Assembly (NCBI GenBank): GCA_002069975.1
Contig: MWCJ01000009.1
Coordinates: 848 to 64,847, forward strand
Direction: 5' to 3'
From: Bacteroidetes bacterium ADurb.Bin217
Lineage (GTDB): Bacteria; Bacteroidota; Bacteroidia; Bacteroidales; UBA1715
Length of the DNA stretch: 64,000 bases
How positions within the stretch are numbered: the stretch's first letter is position 1; each line of letters begins with the position of its first letter. The position numbers and the translations under genes are program-made. Positions 17,338 through 26,901 of the stretch are shown piece after piece. The notes beneath the pieces were generated by a model that ran no database searches, was not told the origin of the DNA, and worked only from the letters and a program-made list of their open reading frames with translations.

Positions 17338-17391
17338 ACTTTGTAACTTGTAACTTGTAACTTGTAACTTGTAACTTGTAACTTTGTAACT
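17328..17391 (+). repeat. Right arm of the stem: inverted 15-mer plus a GTAACTT heptamer tandem array (6 perfect units at 17343-17384)
   Basis: aactttataaacttt at 17328-17342 overlaps the stop codon. It is followed by gtaactt x6 and then tgtaact. Confidence 0.8.
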
Positions 17392-17399
17392 CATATCCA

Positions 17400-17852
17400 A
17401 TGAAAGCTATTATCCAAAGAGTTTCTCAAGCATCTGTAACAATACATGGTGCAGTAAAATCAAACATTGGAATTGGTTTTTTAGTATTGTTGGGCATTGA
17501 GCATAATGATACTATAGAAGACATGCAATGGCTTGTTCAAAAAATTGCAAATATTCGAATATTCAACGATGAACAGGGGCTTATGAATTTAGATATTCAT
17601 GCTGTTCATGGCGACATCATTGTTGTTAGTCAGTTTACTTTACATGCAAGCACCAAAAAAGGCAATCGACCTTCGTTTATTAAAGCTGCTCGACCAGATA
17701 TTGCGGTACCATTGTACGAAGCATTTGTTGCACAATTGCAACAAAGTATTCAAGGAACTGTGTTGACAGGTGAATTTGGAGCCGATATGAAAGTAAATTT
17801 GTGTAACGATGGACCGGTAACTATAATCATTGATACTAAACAAAAAGAATAA
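17400..17852 (+). CDS. dtd: D-aminoacyl-tRNA deacylase
   Basis: MKAIIQRV start, the SQFTL motif and NDGPVT near the C-terminus. Confidence 0.95.
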   Translation: MKAIIQRVSQASVTIHGAVKSNIGIGFLVLLGIEHNDTIEDMQWLVQKIANIRIFNDEQGLMNLDIHAVHGDIIVVSQFTLHASTKKGNRPSFIKAARPDIAVPLYEAFVAQLQQSIQGTVLTGEFGADMKVNLCNDGPVTIIIDTKQKE

Positions 17853-18175
17853 TGGAATTACAACAAGCTCAACAATTAGTTGACGATTGGATAAAAAGTC
17901 ATGGTGTTCGGTATTTTAACGAACTTACGAATATGGCAATTTTAACCGAAGAAGTAGGAGAATTAGCTCGGGTTATAAGTCGCACGTATGGAGAGCAATC
18001 TTTTAAACAAGGCGAACAAGCAAATATAGCCGACGAAATTGCCGATGTTTTATGGGTTTTGTTGTGTATTGCCAATCAAACCGGTGTTGATGTAACCGAA
18101 GCTTTTAACAAAAATATTGAGAAGAAAACGCAACGCGATTCAATGCGACATATTTCGAATAATAAATTGAGGTAA
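17852..18175 (+). CDS. MazG-like nucleotide pyrophosphohydrolase
   Basis: EEVGELAR and ADEIADVLW EExxE/D-type helices. The start overlaps the dtd stop (TAATG). Confidence 0.8.
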   Translation: MELQQAQQLVDDWIKSHGVRYFNELTNMAILTEEVGELARVISRTYGEQSFKQGEQANIADEIADVLWVLLCIANQTGVDVTEAFNKNIEKKTQRDSMRHISNNKLR

Positions 18176-18188
18176 AATTATTACCGCA

Positions 18189-19415
18189 TTATTTTACAAA
18201 TTTAAATGTCATTGAACCATTTGAGTTCCATACTCTTAGGATATATACTCCCGGCGTAAGAGATTCTGTCGAAATTTCTGTATTATATTGAGCCTGATTA
18301 TGAAACAATTCGCGACCGTTAATATCGCAAAGTGAAATGTGTATATGTTCACCAGCCATAGGTTCTATAGCAATAGAATTGTTTGCTTGCGTATATAGTA
18401 CAGCAATTGTGTGTTCCGAAATATCTTCGATAGTAACATAACTATGTTCCCAATTTTTAATGATTTCGCGTGCCAATGTACCCGAAGGCGTTAGTGAGTT
18501 TGCCGACCAATTGCCTAAGGTAGATGCGTTGTATTTAAGTGCCGACGCACCCTCGGATTTATCGTTTAAAGCCCAATTACAATGTGTGAGTTTATTTGAA
18601 CGCATAAATTCTACCCAAGCATTAGTTTCGGTATATGCTACATCGCCGCTACCATCGGCCAATACTGTGCCCCATTCGCTTACAATTATTGGAATACCTT
18701 TGGTAATGGCTTGTAATGTTCTATCGCGCAACCACTGTGTGTGAGTGCCTGCATAAAAGTGCATAGAATAGGCAATGTTGTCGTATGAAGTTATTGGATT
18801 GTCAGCAACCGTATCTATTCGCTGGCACCAATTTGGAGAGCCTACAATTATTATATTATCGGGGTCTATATCGCGAATAACACGAATCACTGAATCGGCA
18901 TATGGTTTTACAACATTGTTCCACGAAACTTTAAGTGGTTCGTTATAAATTTCATACAACACATTAGGGTAATCGCCATATGTTTCAGCCATTTCTTTAA
19001 AAAATGCTTGCGATTGCGACAGATAATCTTCGGCATGATGTGAATGCCAATCAATGATAACATATATACCTTCGGCAATTGCCGCATCTACTATTGTTTT
19101 TACACGTGTTTTGTTTGCCGGATACGTTAGGTATCCACCATTATCATCTACACCCATTGCTGCTCGCACTATGGTTGCTCCCCAGTCGTTTTTAACCCAC
19201 GATACAACTTCTTTTTTGTAATATTTTTCGCCACCCCATCCGGTATTACTCCAAAAAAAGCTAGGTCCTGCAAAACTAACAGTATCCCCCGATTCATTTA
19301 TGATTTTACTCCCCGAAATAGCCAATTGACCATGAATATCAACAGGATTTTGCGATAATCCTATATTCCAAAAACCAATTAAGCTTATAATTCCAAATAA
19401 AATTTTTACACGCAT
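18189..19415 (-). CDS. Secreted GH5 endoglucanase with a T9SS type-A C-terminal sorting domain
   Basis: HGQL...DWHSH, YEIYNEP (acid/base), HFY and VSEWG (nucleophile). The C-terminus PGVYILRVWNSNGSMTFKFVK is T9SS-CTD-like. Confidence 0.85.
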   Translation of the reverse strand: MRVKILFGIISLIGFWNIGLSQNPVDIHGQLAISGSKIINESGDTVSFAGPSFFWSNTGWGGEKYYKKEVVSWVKNDWGATIVRAAMGVDDNGGYLTYPANKTRVKTIVDAAIAEGIYVIIDWHSHHAEDYLSQSQAFFKEMAETYGDYPNVLYEIYNEPLKVSWNNVVKPYADSVIRVIRDIDPDNIIIVGSPNWCQRIDTVADNPITSYDNIAYSMHFYAGTHTQWLRDRTLQAITKGIPIIVSEWGTVLADGSGDVAYTETNAWVEFMRSNKLTHCNWALNDKSEGASALKYNASTLGNWSANSLTPSGTLAREIIKNWEHSYVTIEDISEHTIAVLYTQANNSIAIEPMAGEHIHISLCDINGRELFHNQAQYNTEISTESLTPGVYILRVWNSNGSMTFKFVK

Positions 19416-19437
19416 AATTTGTAATTTTGTTATGCTA

Positions 19438-19445
19438 CAAACCTA
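19438..19445 (-). promoter_or_regulatory. -7 promoter box TAGGTTTG for the GH5 gene
   Basis: The reverse complement of caaaccta (19438-19445) is TAGGTTTG, 23 nt upstream of the ATG at 19415. Confidence 0.45.
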
Positions 19446-19673
19446 AAGGTTTTTTTTAAAGATTTTTAAAAAAAGAGTTTAAAATCAGTAAATGTGCATT
19501 TTACTTGGTTTGAATGGTTGATTTTTGATGGTAAAATGAAGAATGAATACAAAAAAGTAAAATAATGGGGTGTAACCAATGTGCTTGAAATCTGCAGATA
19601 AAAAAGTATCCATTTAATTGTAAAAACACAGATAAAAAACTTGAAAAATATTTGTGAGTTAAAAAAAATGATG

Positions 19674-19681
19674 TAGTTTTG
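19674..19681 (+). promoter_or_regulatory. -7 promoter box TAGTTTTG for rpsO
   Basis: Matches TAnnTTTG. A TTTG at 19651-19654 could serve as the -33 element. The ATG is at 19726. Confidence 0.5.
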
Positions 19682-19725
19682 CAGTCCGAAATTTATAAAA
19701 GTAAAAGAAAGAAAAAATTACACAT

Positions 19726-19995
19726 ATGTATTTAACAGCAGAAAAGAAAAGTGAGATTTTTAAAAAATTTGGAAAATCTGAAGCAAATACCGGTTCTACC
19801 GAAGGTCAAATAGCGTTATTTACCTACAGAATCAACAACTTAACCGAAAAGCTTAAAACGAATAAGAAAGACAAAGTTACTCAACGTTCGTTATTAAAAA
19901 TGGTTGGTAAACGTCGTCAATTATTAAATTATCTGAAAGATAAAAATATTGAAGGTTATCGTGTTCTTATAAAAGAATTAGAAATTCGTAAATAA
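19726..19995 (+). CDS. rpsO: 30S ribosomal protein S15
   Basis: 89 aa with [11 protein letters not shown] and [12 protein letters not shown] blocks. Conserved rpsO-pnp synteny. Confidence 0.95.
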   Translation: MYLTAEKKSEIFKKFGKSEANTGSTEGQIALFTYRINNLTEKLKTNKKDKVTQRSLLKMVGKRRQLLNYLKDKNIEGYRVLIKELEIRK

Positions 19996-20020
19996 TAATC
20001 AAAAGATATTAGTATATTTG

Positions 20021-20046
20021 GAAAGGCAATTTTTATATTGCCTTTC
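20021..20046 (+). terminator. Rho-independent terminator/attenuator hairpin between rpsO and pnp
   Basis: gaaaggcaat (20021-20030) pairs with attgcctttc (20037-20046) and is followed by a T-rich tract. Confidence 0.7.
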
Positions 20047-20102
20047 TTTATTTTATATATATGCTAAATCAAAACAACAAATACAAATAAAAATAGAACA
20101 AT

Positions 20103-22211
20103 ATGTTGCAAGTAGTAAAAAAAACAATCGAATTAGGTGACGGAAGAATTATAGAAATAGAAACCGGTAAATTGGCAAAACAAGCAGATGGTTCCATAAT
20201 GCTTAAAATGGGAAATACTATGCTTTTAGCTACCGTATGTGCGGCAGCCGATGCTAAACCGGGAACTGATTTTATGCCATTAACAGTAGAATACAAAGAA
20301 AAATATGGAGCAGCAGGTCGTTTCCCCGGCGGATTTACCCGTCGCGAAGGTCGTGCTTCTGATTATGAAATATTAGTATCTCGTTTAATTGACCGTGCAT
20401 TACGTCCTTTGTTTCCCGATGATTATCATGCCGAAGTGTTTGTAAATGTAATGTTAATGTCTGCCGATACGGTAGATATGCCAGATGCGTTGGCAGGGTT
20501 AGCTGCTTCAGCTGCTTTAGCAGTTTCTGATATACCGTTTAATGGTCCAATTTCAGAAGTTCGTGTGGCTCGCGTTGATGGTAAATTTATAGTAAATCCT
20601 ACATTTCAGCAATTGGAATGTGCCGATATGGACATTATGGTAGCTGCTACTATCGACAACATTATGATGGTAGAAGGTGAAATGAAAGAAGTATCGGAAG
20701 CCGAAATGCTTGAAGCAATAAAAGTTGCTCACGAAGCAATAAAAGTACAATGTAAAGCACAAATGGAACTAACCGAAATGGTTGGTAAAACTAAAAAACG
20801 TGAATATTGCCACGAAGAACATGATGAAGATTTAAAACAAGATATTTGGGCAAAAACATATGATAAAGTATATGCTGTAGCTACTTCGTGTAATGCTGAT
20901 AAACATGCTCGTTCAGAAGCATTTCATGCAATAAAAGATGAGTATATTGCTTCGTTATCAGAAGAAGATGCGGCTGCTAAAGCTTTTTTAATAGGTCAAT
21001 ATTATCATGCTGTTGAAAAAGAAGCAATGCGTCGTGCTATTCTCGATGAAGGTAAACGTTTAGATGGTCGTAAAACTACAGAAATTCGACCAATCTGGTC
21101 AGAAATTGATTATTTACCAATGGCTCATGGTTCTGCTGTTTTTACTCGTGGCGAAACTCAATCGATAACTACCGTTACATTGGGTATGAAAAACGATGAA
21201 AAATTAGTAGATGAAGTATTGTATAGAGGTAAAGAAAGATTCTTATTACATTATAATTTTCCTCCGTTTTCAACCGGCGAAGCTAAAGCCGCTCGTGGCG
21301 TAGGTCGTCGCGAAATTGGTCATGGAAATTTGGCTTTTAGAGCGCTTAAAGCTGTAATTCCATCTGATTATCCATATGTAATTCGTATAGTTTCTGATAT
21401 TTTAGAATCTAATGGGTCATCGTCTATGGCTACTGTTTGTGCAGGAACATTGGCTCTTATGGATGCAGGTGTTAAAATTACAAAACCGGTGTCGGGTATT
21501 GCTATGGGATTAATTTCTGAACAAAAAGGAACTAAATTTTCTGTGCTTTCAGATATTCTTGGCGACGAGGATCATTTAGGTGATATGGATTTCAAAGTTA
21601 CAGGTACTAAAGATGGTATTACTGCAACACAAATGGATATTAAAGTTGATGGATTGTCATACGAAATTCTCGAAAAGGCTTTGAATCAAGCAAAAGAAGG
21701 TCGTATGCATATTTTAGGTAAAATTACCGAAACTATTGCTGAACCTCGTGCTGATTTAAAACCTCATTCTCCTCGAATTGAACGTTTGATTATAGATAAA
21801 GAATATATTGGAGCAATTATAGGTTCAGGTGGTAAAAATATTCAAGAATTACAAGCTCGTACCAATACTGTTATTTCTATTGAGGAAATTAACGGTAAAG
21901 GTGAAGTTGAGATTTGTGGTACTGATGCTCAAGGTATGAATGATGCTAAAGCATATATTTTAGGTATTGCTCAAGAACCTGAAGTGGGTACTGTGTATTC
22001 TGCTAAAGTTAAGACTATTGTTGAATTTGGTGCATTTATGGAATTCTTACCACAAAAAGATGGGTTATTACATGTTTCTGAAATTGATTGGAAACGTATA
22101 GAAAAAGTAACCGATGTTCTTAAAGAGGGCGATGTTTTTGAGGTTAAACTTATAGGTGTTGATAAGGGTAAGTTTAAATTGTCTAGAAAAGCATTATTAC
22201 CAAAACCATAA
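20103..22211 (+). CDS. pnp: Polyribonucleotide nucleotidyltransferase (PNPase)
   Basis: 702 aa with two RNase PH-like halves, KH ([12 protein letters not shown]) and S1 (G..Y...V..I..FGAF) domains. Confidence 0.95.
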   Translation: MLQVVKKTIELGDGRIIEIETGKLAKQADGSIMLKMGNTMLLATVCAAADAKPGTDFMPLTVEYKEKYGAAGRFPGGFTRREGRASDYEILVSRLIDRALRPLFPDDYHAEVFVNVMLMSADTVDMPDALAGLAASAALAVSDIPFNGPISEVRVARVDGKFIVNPTFQQLECADMDIMVAATIDNIMMVEGEMKEVSEAEMLEAIKVAHEAIKVQCKAQMELTEMVGKTKKREYCHEEHDEDLKQDIWAKTYDKVYAVATSCNADKHARSEAFHAIKDEYIASLSEEDAAAKAFLIGQYYHAVEKEAMRRAILDEGKRLDGRKTTEIRPIWSEIDYLPMAHGSAVFTRGETQSITTVTLGMKNDEKLVDEVLYRGKERFLLHYNFPPFSTGEAKAARGVGRREIGHGNLAFRALKAVIPSDYPYVIRIVSDILESNGSSSMATVCAGTLALMDAGVKITKPVSGIAMGLISEQKGTKFSVLSDILGDEDHLGDMDFKVTGTKDGITATQMDIKVDGLSYEILEKALNQAKEGRMHILGKITETIAEPRADLKPHSPRIERLIIDKEYIGAIIGSGGKNIQELQARTNTVISIEEINGKGEVEICGTDAQGMNDAKAYILGIAQEPEVGTVYSAKVKTIVEFGAFMEFLPQKDGLLHVSEIDWKRIEKVTDVLKEGDVFEVKLIGVDKGKFKLSRKALLPKP

Positions 22212-22253
22212 TGTGGTGAAATAAATTACGTTCAGCGGATTATATAATATTAT

Positions 22254-22289
22254 AAAAGAGGCTTTCAAACATTGTTGAAAGCCTCTTTT
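22254..22289. terminator. Bidirectional terminator hairpin
   Basis: aaaagaggctttcaa (22254-22268) pairs with ttgaaagcctctttt (22275-22289). It lies between the convergent pnp and hydrolase genes. Confidence 0.8.
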
Positions 22290-22291
22290 AT

Positions 22292-23008
22292 TTAGTTAAT
22301 AATCTTTTGTAATAGTACTTCAATTTCGACACCACGAGTTAGTGTCATCATATGTGATCCGTTTTCTATAGTATAGTGTGCGTATACATTGCGAATTGGT
22401 AAGGTATGGTCGTTATTGCCATGAATATGTATAATCGATAGGGTGTCGCAACTATCCTTATCCCACGAGGTTATCATTCCTATAGTACGTTTAATGTATA
22501 TTGGATCTTTTTCTCGTAACATTGTTTTAAATGTAGTTTTACATACATTTCGGTCGGGTTCTACAATTGGTTGTATTACAAGAGCTCCCCAGTATAGCAG
22601 GTGCTTAGGAAATATTTTATATAGAGGGAAATATTTTTGAAATCTATAGCGAAAAGGTAATTCGTTTCTACATGCTGCACTCGATATTACTATAGTTTTA
22701 TTGGGGTGTAATATCGGAGAAAGTTCACTACATATCATTCCGCCCATCGAAACTCCTATAAGAATCAATGGTTTGCTTGTGTCTATTTGCGAAATTAAAG
22801 AATATGCATAATCCCGGAGCGATATTCCTTGTGGTGGTATTTCATATGTAATATGAACTACGGAATATGATGAGTCGAATTGAATTGAATCAAAAATTCT
22901 ATAATCGGAACCTTGTCCCGGGAATAAATATATAGTTGGTTTTTGTGCAAATGTTACTGAAGCTGCAAGACAAACAAATAGGGTAATACATATTTGTAAT
23001 CTTCGCAT
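22292..23008 (-). CDS. Secreted alpha/beta hydrolase
   Basis: Signal peptide, nucleophile elbow GVSMGG and a late HGNNDH block. Confidence 0.55.
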   Translation of the reverse strand: MRRLQICITLFVCLAASVTFAQKPTIYLFPGQGSDYRIFDSIQFDSSYSVVHITYEIPPQGISLRDYAYSLISQIDTSKPLILIGVSMGGMICSELSPILHPNKTIVISSAACRNELPFRYRFQKYFPLYKIFPKHLLYWGALVIQPIVEPDRNVCKTTFKTMLREKDPIYIKRTIGMITSWDKDSCDTLSIIHIHGNNDHTLPIRNVYAHYTIENGSHMMTLTRGVEIEVLLQKIIN

Positions 23009-23015
23009 AGGTAAG

Positions 23016-24521
23016 TTATATCATATTTAACATTCGAACGGTAGCTTTAATTGCAGCTGCTGTTTGGTCGCAATCTAATCCGCGTGTTTTAAATGTACCT
23101 GTTTCTGTTTCCCACGTAATAATAGTTTCTACCAACGCATCGGTTTTTCCGCCCGGAGGTATTGTAACTAAATAGTCGGTAAGTTTAGGTAAATTTATTT
23201 GTAAATGAGAATAAATTTTGAGCAGAGCATTCATTACAGCATCATACTGACCATCGCCGGTACTTGTATCTTCGAATACTTCACCATTAACATTGAGTTT
23301 AATAGTTGCTACCGGTTTCAATCCTTTAGCATTACATACATAGTAGTTTTCTATAAAAACTTTTTCTTCAATTTGAGTAGTTCCAAGAACTTCACGAACT
23401 ATATATGGTAAATCTTCGGTTGTAATTGTTTCTTTTTTGTCACCCAATTCTACTACTTTTTGGGTTACCAATTTCATAATTTCAGGCTCTAATTCTAAGC
23501 CTAATTCTTCTAAATTTTTCTCAATATTAGCCTTGCCCGATGTTTTACCCAACGCATATTTGCGAACCCGTCCAAATCGTTCGGGCATAAGGTCGGTGCA
23601 ATACAAATTGCCTTTTTTGTCGCCATCGGCATGTACACCTGCAGTTTGAGTAAACACATTTTCACCAATTATAGGCATATTGTATGCAACACGAATTCCC
23701 GAAATAGATTCAACTAATTTACTGATTTTGTTAAGTTGTATTTCCTGTACAGTTGTTTTAAAATCGGTATGGTCGTGAATACAAATTACTATACTAGATA
23801 GCACTGTATTTCCGGTGCGTTCGCCTAATCCATTTATTGAGGTGTGAACTCCTTGAAATCCGGCATTTACTGCAGCCAATGAATTTGCAACAGCCAAATC
23901 ATAATCGTTGTGTGCATGAAAATCAAAATGCAAATTAGGATACATGTTACGAATTGTTCTGCAAAATGTATATGTCTCTTTGGGATTTAAAATACCTAAA
24001 GTGTCAGGTAACATAAATCGTTTGATTGAAGTTTTGCTCAATTCGTTTATTAAATCATACACATATTCTGGTGAATTTCGCATGCCGTTTGACCAATCTT
24101 CGAGGTACACATTTACGGAAATGCCAAGTAAATCAGCGTATGCAATATTTTCTTTAATTTCGGCTATATGGTCTTCGGGGCTTTTTCGAAGCTGTCCGGT
24201 AAGTTGTTTGAGTGAGCCTTTGCACAAAAGGTTTATGCAAACACCTCCGGCTTTGTGAACCCAATTTATTGATTCATGATTATCAATAAAACCAAGAACT
24301 TCTATTTGATGTAAAAAATTATTTTTTCGTGCCCATTCCATAATGCGTTGAACCGAATCGAATTCTCCTTTTGATACCCGAGCCGACGCAATTTCTATTC
24401 TATTAACCTTTACTTCGGTTAATAATTGCTTAGCTATACTAAATTTTTCTTTTTCGGTAAATGATACTCCGTTGGTTTGTTCACCATCTCGAAGCGTCGT
24501 ATCCATAATTTCTATATACAT
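23016..24521 (-). CDS. leuA: 2-isopropylmalate synthase / citramalate synthase family (LeuA-CimA)
   Basis: DTTLRDGEQ and HAHNDYDLAVAN HMGL-like blocks plus a LeuA-dimer-like C-terminus. LeuA and CimA cannot be separated by eye. Confidence 0.75.
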   Translation of the reverse strand: MYIEIMDTTLRDGEQTNGVSFTEKEKFSIAKQLLTEVKVNRIEIASARVSKGEFDSVQRIMEWARKNNFLHQIEVLGFIDNHESINWVHKAGGVCINLLCKGSLKQLTGQLRKSPEDHIAEIKENIAYADLLGISVNVYLEDWSNGMRNSPEYVYDLINELSKTSIKRFMLPDTLGILNPKETYTFCRTIRNMYPNLHFDFHAHNDYDLAVANSLAAVNAGFQGVHTSINGLGERTGNTVLSSIVICIHDHTDFKTTVQEIQLNKISKLVESISGIRVAYNMPIIGENVFTQTAGVHADGDKKGNLYCTDLMPERFGRVRKYALGKTSGKANIEKNLEELGLELEPEIMKLVTQKVVELGDKKETITTEDLPYIVREVLGTTQIEEKVFIENYYVCNAKGLKPVATIKLNVNGEVFEDTSTGDGQYDAVMNALLKIYSHLQINLPKLTDYLVTIPPGGKTDALVETIITWETETGTFKTRGLDCDQTAAAIKATVRMLNMI

Positions 24522-24684
24522 ATCCCTTATCCCTACTTTATTCTATTTTGATTAGATATATCAATACAATAAAACCTTACCAAATTTTTGTGTAAACTTA
24601 CGATTTTTTTGGTTTGTAAAAATCTATGAAGGTTTTTTTTGGTAATGATATAACGCATTGTTGTATTTTTCAAATGTTCTTTTG

Positions 24685-25956
24685 TTACATTTGAGAAGGA
24701 TTTAACCCTTTTGTGTGATTTTGTGCTTGCAATACTGAAATTACTTGAGGAATTTTTGGCGAATAGTCGAAGAAAGAATGTAAAAAAGTAGGAATTGCTT
24801 CCATTGCTAGCGAATTTGCAGAATTAAGCAACACAACAATTCCTATTTGTTTCTCGGGACAAAATGCTATTTCGGCACGATACCCTTCAACAAATCCTCC
24901 ATGATACATAACTTTACTATTATGCATGGTAAAAATTCTCCAGCCTAAACTGTATTCTTTAGAATCAACTCCTTTCCAAAGTCCGCCTGCGTATTTATAT
25001 TTACTGCGAATAGGTATGCGAGCAGTTTGAATGTCTTGTAATACAGTAGAATCAACAACTTCGGGGGCATATCCCAATAGTGCTTGTAGCCATTTGCTCA
25101 TATCGGTTATGCTCGCGTTTATACCTGCAGCCGGTTTAGTTTCATAATATCTGTCGTTTAATTGAACAGTACGAACATGTTTTTTCCATCCTTTGTGCGG
25201 ATAGGCATAATTATGTGATTGGGTAAAGCCTTGGTATGTTACCGAAGCATCTATCATTCCTAGGGGATTAAAAATATTTTCTTTAAGCAAGGTTTCGTAT
25301 GTTTTGCCCGTTTGCTTATGCATTATTGTGTCTACCAAACTAAACATAACATTTTGATACGCATATAATTCTCCTGGTTTGGAACAAATATTTGCAATTT
25401 TTAATGATTTATAAACATTCGAAAAAGAAACGCCATCTTCTATATACGGATCGAATGAATATGAAACTAAACCCGATGTGTGTGATAGTAAATGTTCAAC
25501 AGTAACCGTTTGTTGATTTTCTTTTTTCTTTAATTGTAAATCGGGTAAATATGATACTACTGTAGTGTCTAAATTTATTATATTTTTATGATGCAATTGC
25601 GATGATAAAACACCTGCAAATCCTTTGGAAACTGATGCAAGTCGAAATACAGTGTTTACATCTACCGAATCGGTAGTGTTTACTTTTTTAACTCCATATG
25701 GCTTTAAAACAACTACTTGTCCTTTGTAAACAATTGCTAAAGCACCACCAACCGAACCGTATTCCTCAAATTTTTGAGAAAAATATGTTTTGTATGATTC
25801 TAAAAAGTCCGAAATTTCTATGGAATAATCAGGTTCTTCAACTACATCTTCGGCAATAAACGTATCAATATAGGGTATGCTGCTTGGTTGAAACGTATAT
25901 CCAATATAAGTAATTGAAAGTATAAGAAGGATAACTGTAATATACCGTAATTTCAT
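24685..25956 (-). CDS. Serine hydrolase, beta-lactamase (class C/PBP4*-like) family
   Basis: N-terminal TM segment, S-x-x-K (ASVSKGF) and Y-x-N (YQN). Confidence 0.75.
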   Translation of the reverse strand: MKLRYITVILLILSITYIGYTFQPSSIPYIDTFIAEDVVEEPDYSIEISDFLESYKTYFSQKFEEYGSVGGALAIVYKGQVVVLKPYGVKKVNTTDSVDVNTVFRLASVSKGFAGVLSSQLHHKNIINLDTTVVSYLPDLQLKKKENQQTVTVEHLLSHTSGLVSYSFDPYIEDGVSFSNVYKSLKIANICSKPGELYAYQNVMFSLVDTIMHKQTGKTYETLLKENIFNPLGMIDASVTYQGFTQSHNYAYPHKGWKKHVRTVQLNDRYYETKPAAGINASITDMSKWLQALLGYAPEVVDSTVLQDIQTARIPIRSKYKYAGGLWKGVDSKEYSLGWRIFTMHNSKVMYHGGFVEGYRAEIAFCPEKQIGIVVLLNSANSLAMEAIPTFLHSFFDYSPKIPQVISVLQAQNHTKGLNPSQM

Positions 25957-26140
25957 TAAAAAAGGAAGCTTAAAATACTCAACTGTTATAATTCATTTTT
26001 TCTAATGTTGCGAATATACGTTTTTTTTTAAGTGTTTCAAAACATGCCGGCTGTTTTTTTTAATTCATTAGTAACAATATCTATACATGATTGAACATGT
26101 AACGTAGGCTATACGTGGAATTTTGCTCACTTTCTACTTT

Positions 26141-26178
26141 TATAAACATTCAACTTTATAAACTTTATAAACATTCAA
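26141..26178. repeat. Word-repeat locus carrying the inverted 15-mer and a 13-nt direct repeat
   Basis: aactttataaacttt at 26152-26166. tataaacattcaa occurs at 26141-26153 and 26166-26178. Confidence 0.6.
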
Positions 26179-26236
26179 ATTAATAATCTTAAATATACTA
26201 CTTTTGTAAAACACAAACATATTTGTAATATTGAGT

Positions 26237-26884
26237 ATGAAAACTCCCAAAGAAATTGAATTACAAAAATATATAGAACAACATATTGATGATGAGCCCG
26301 AATTATTACGCGAACTTACTCGTCAGGCTCATATTCGTTTGTTGCATCCACGTATGATATCGGGGCATATACAAGGAAGAATTCTTACAATGTGTATGCG
26401 CATGATTCAACCTTCGCGGGTTCTTGAAATAGGTACCTATACCGGATATTCTGCATTGTGTATAGCCGAGGGGTTGAGTGATGCCGCTATGCTCGATACT
26501 ATTGAAATTAACGATGAATTAGAAGAGTACATTCAATCTTTTTTCAACAAATCTGAACATGGACATAAAATTACGCTACATATAGGTGATGGTTTACAAT
26601 TAATTCCACAATTCCCGTATATGTTTGATGTTATTTTTATTGATGGTAACAAAAGGCACTATGTAGAATATTACGAAGCTTCTTTAAGCAAACTTTCTGC
26701 AGGAGGTTTTATTTTTGCCGATAATACTCTGTGGGATGGTCATGTAATTGATGCTCATATTGATGCTAACGATTATCAGACCAAAGGAATTCTTGCATTT
26801 AATGATTATGTAAAACGTGATACTCGCGTTGAAACAGCTATATTTCCTATTCGTGATGGGCTCACAATTTTGAGAAAAAAATAA
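26237..26884 (+). CDS. Class I SAM-dependent O-methyltransferase (Methyltransf_3, caffeoyl-CoA OMT-like)
   Basis: VLEIGTYTGYSALCIAEGL and IFIDGNKRHY blocks. TACTTTTG -7 box at 26199-26206. I prefer the ATG at 26237 to the TTG at 26231. Confidence 0.8.
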   Translation: MKTPKEIELQKYIEQHIDDEPELLRELTRQAHIRLLHPRMISGHIQGRILTMCMRMIQPSRVLEIGTYTGYSALCIAEGLSDAAMLDTIEINDELEEYIQSFFNKSEHGHKITLHIGDGLQLIPQFPYMFDVIFIDGNKRHYVEYYEASLSKLSAGGFIFADNTLWDGHVIDAHIDANDYQTKGILAFNDYVKRDTRVETAIFPIRDGLTILRKK

Positions 26885-26901
26885 TTTATAACTAATTTCC
26901 T

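Noticed and set aside
17343-17384. Possible CRISPR array
   Set aside because: The units are 7 nt, contiguous and have no spacers. This is a microsatellite. No cas genes are in the window.
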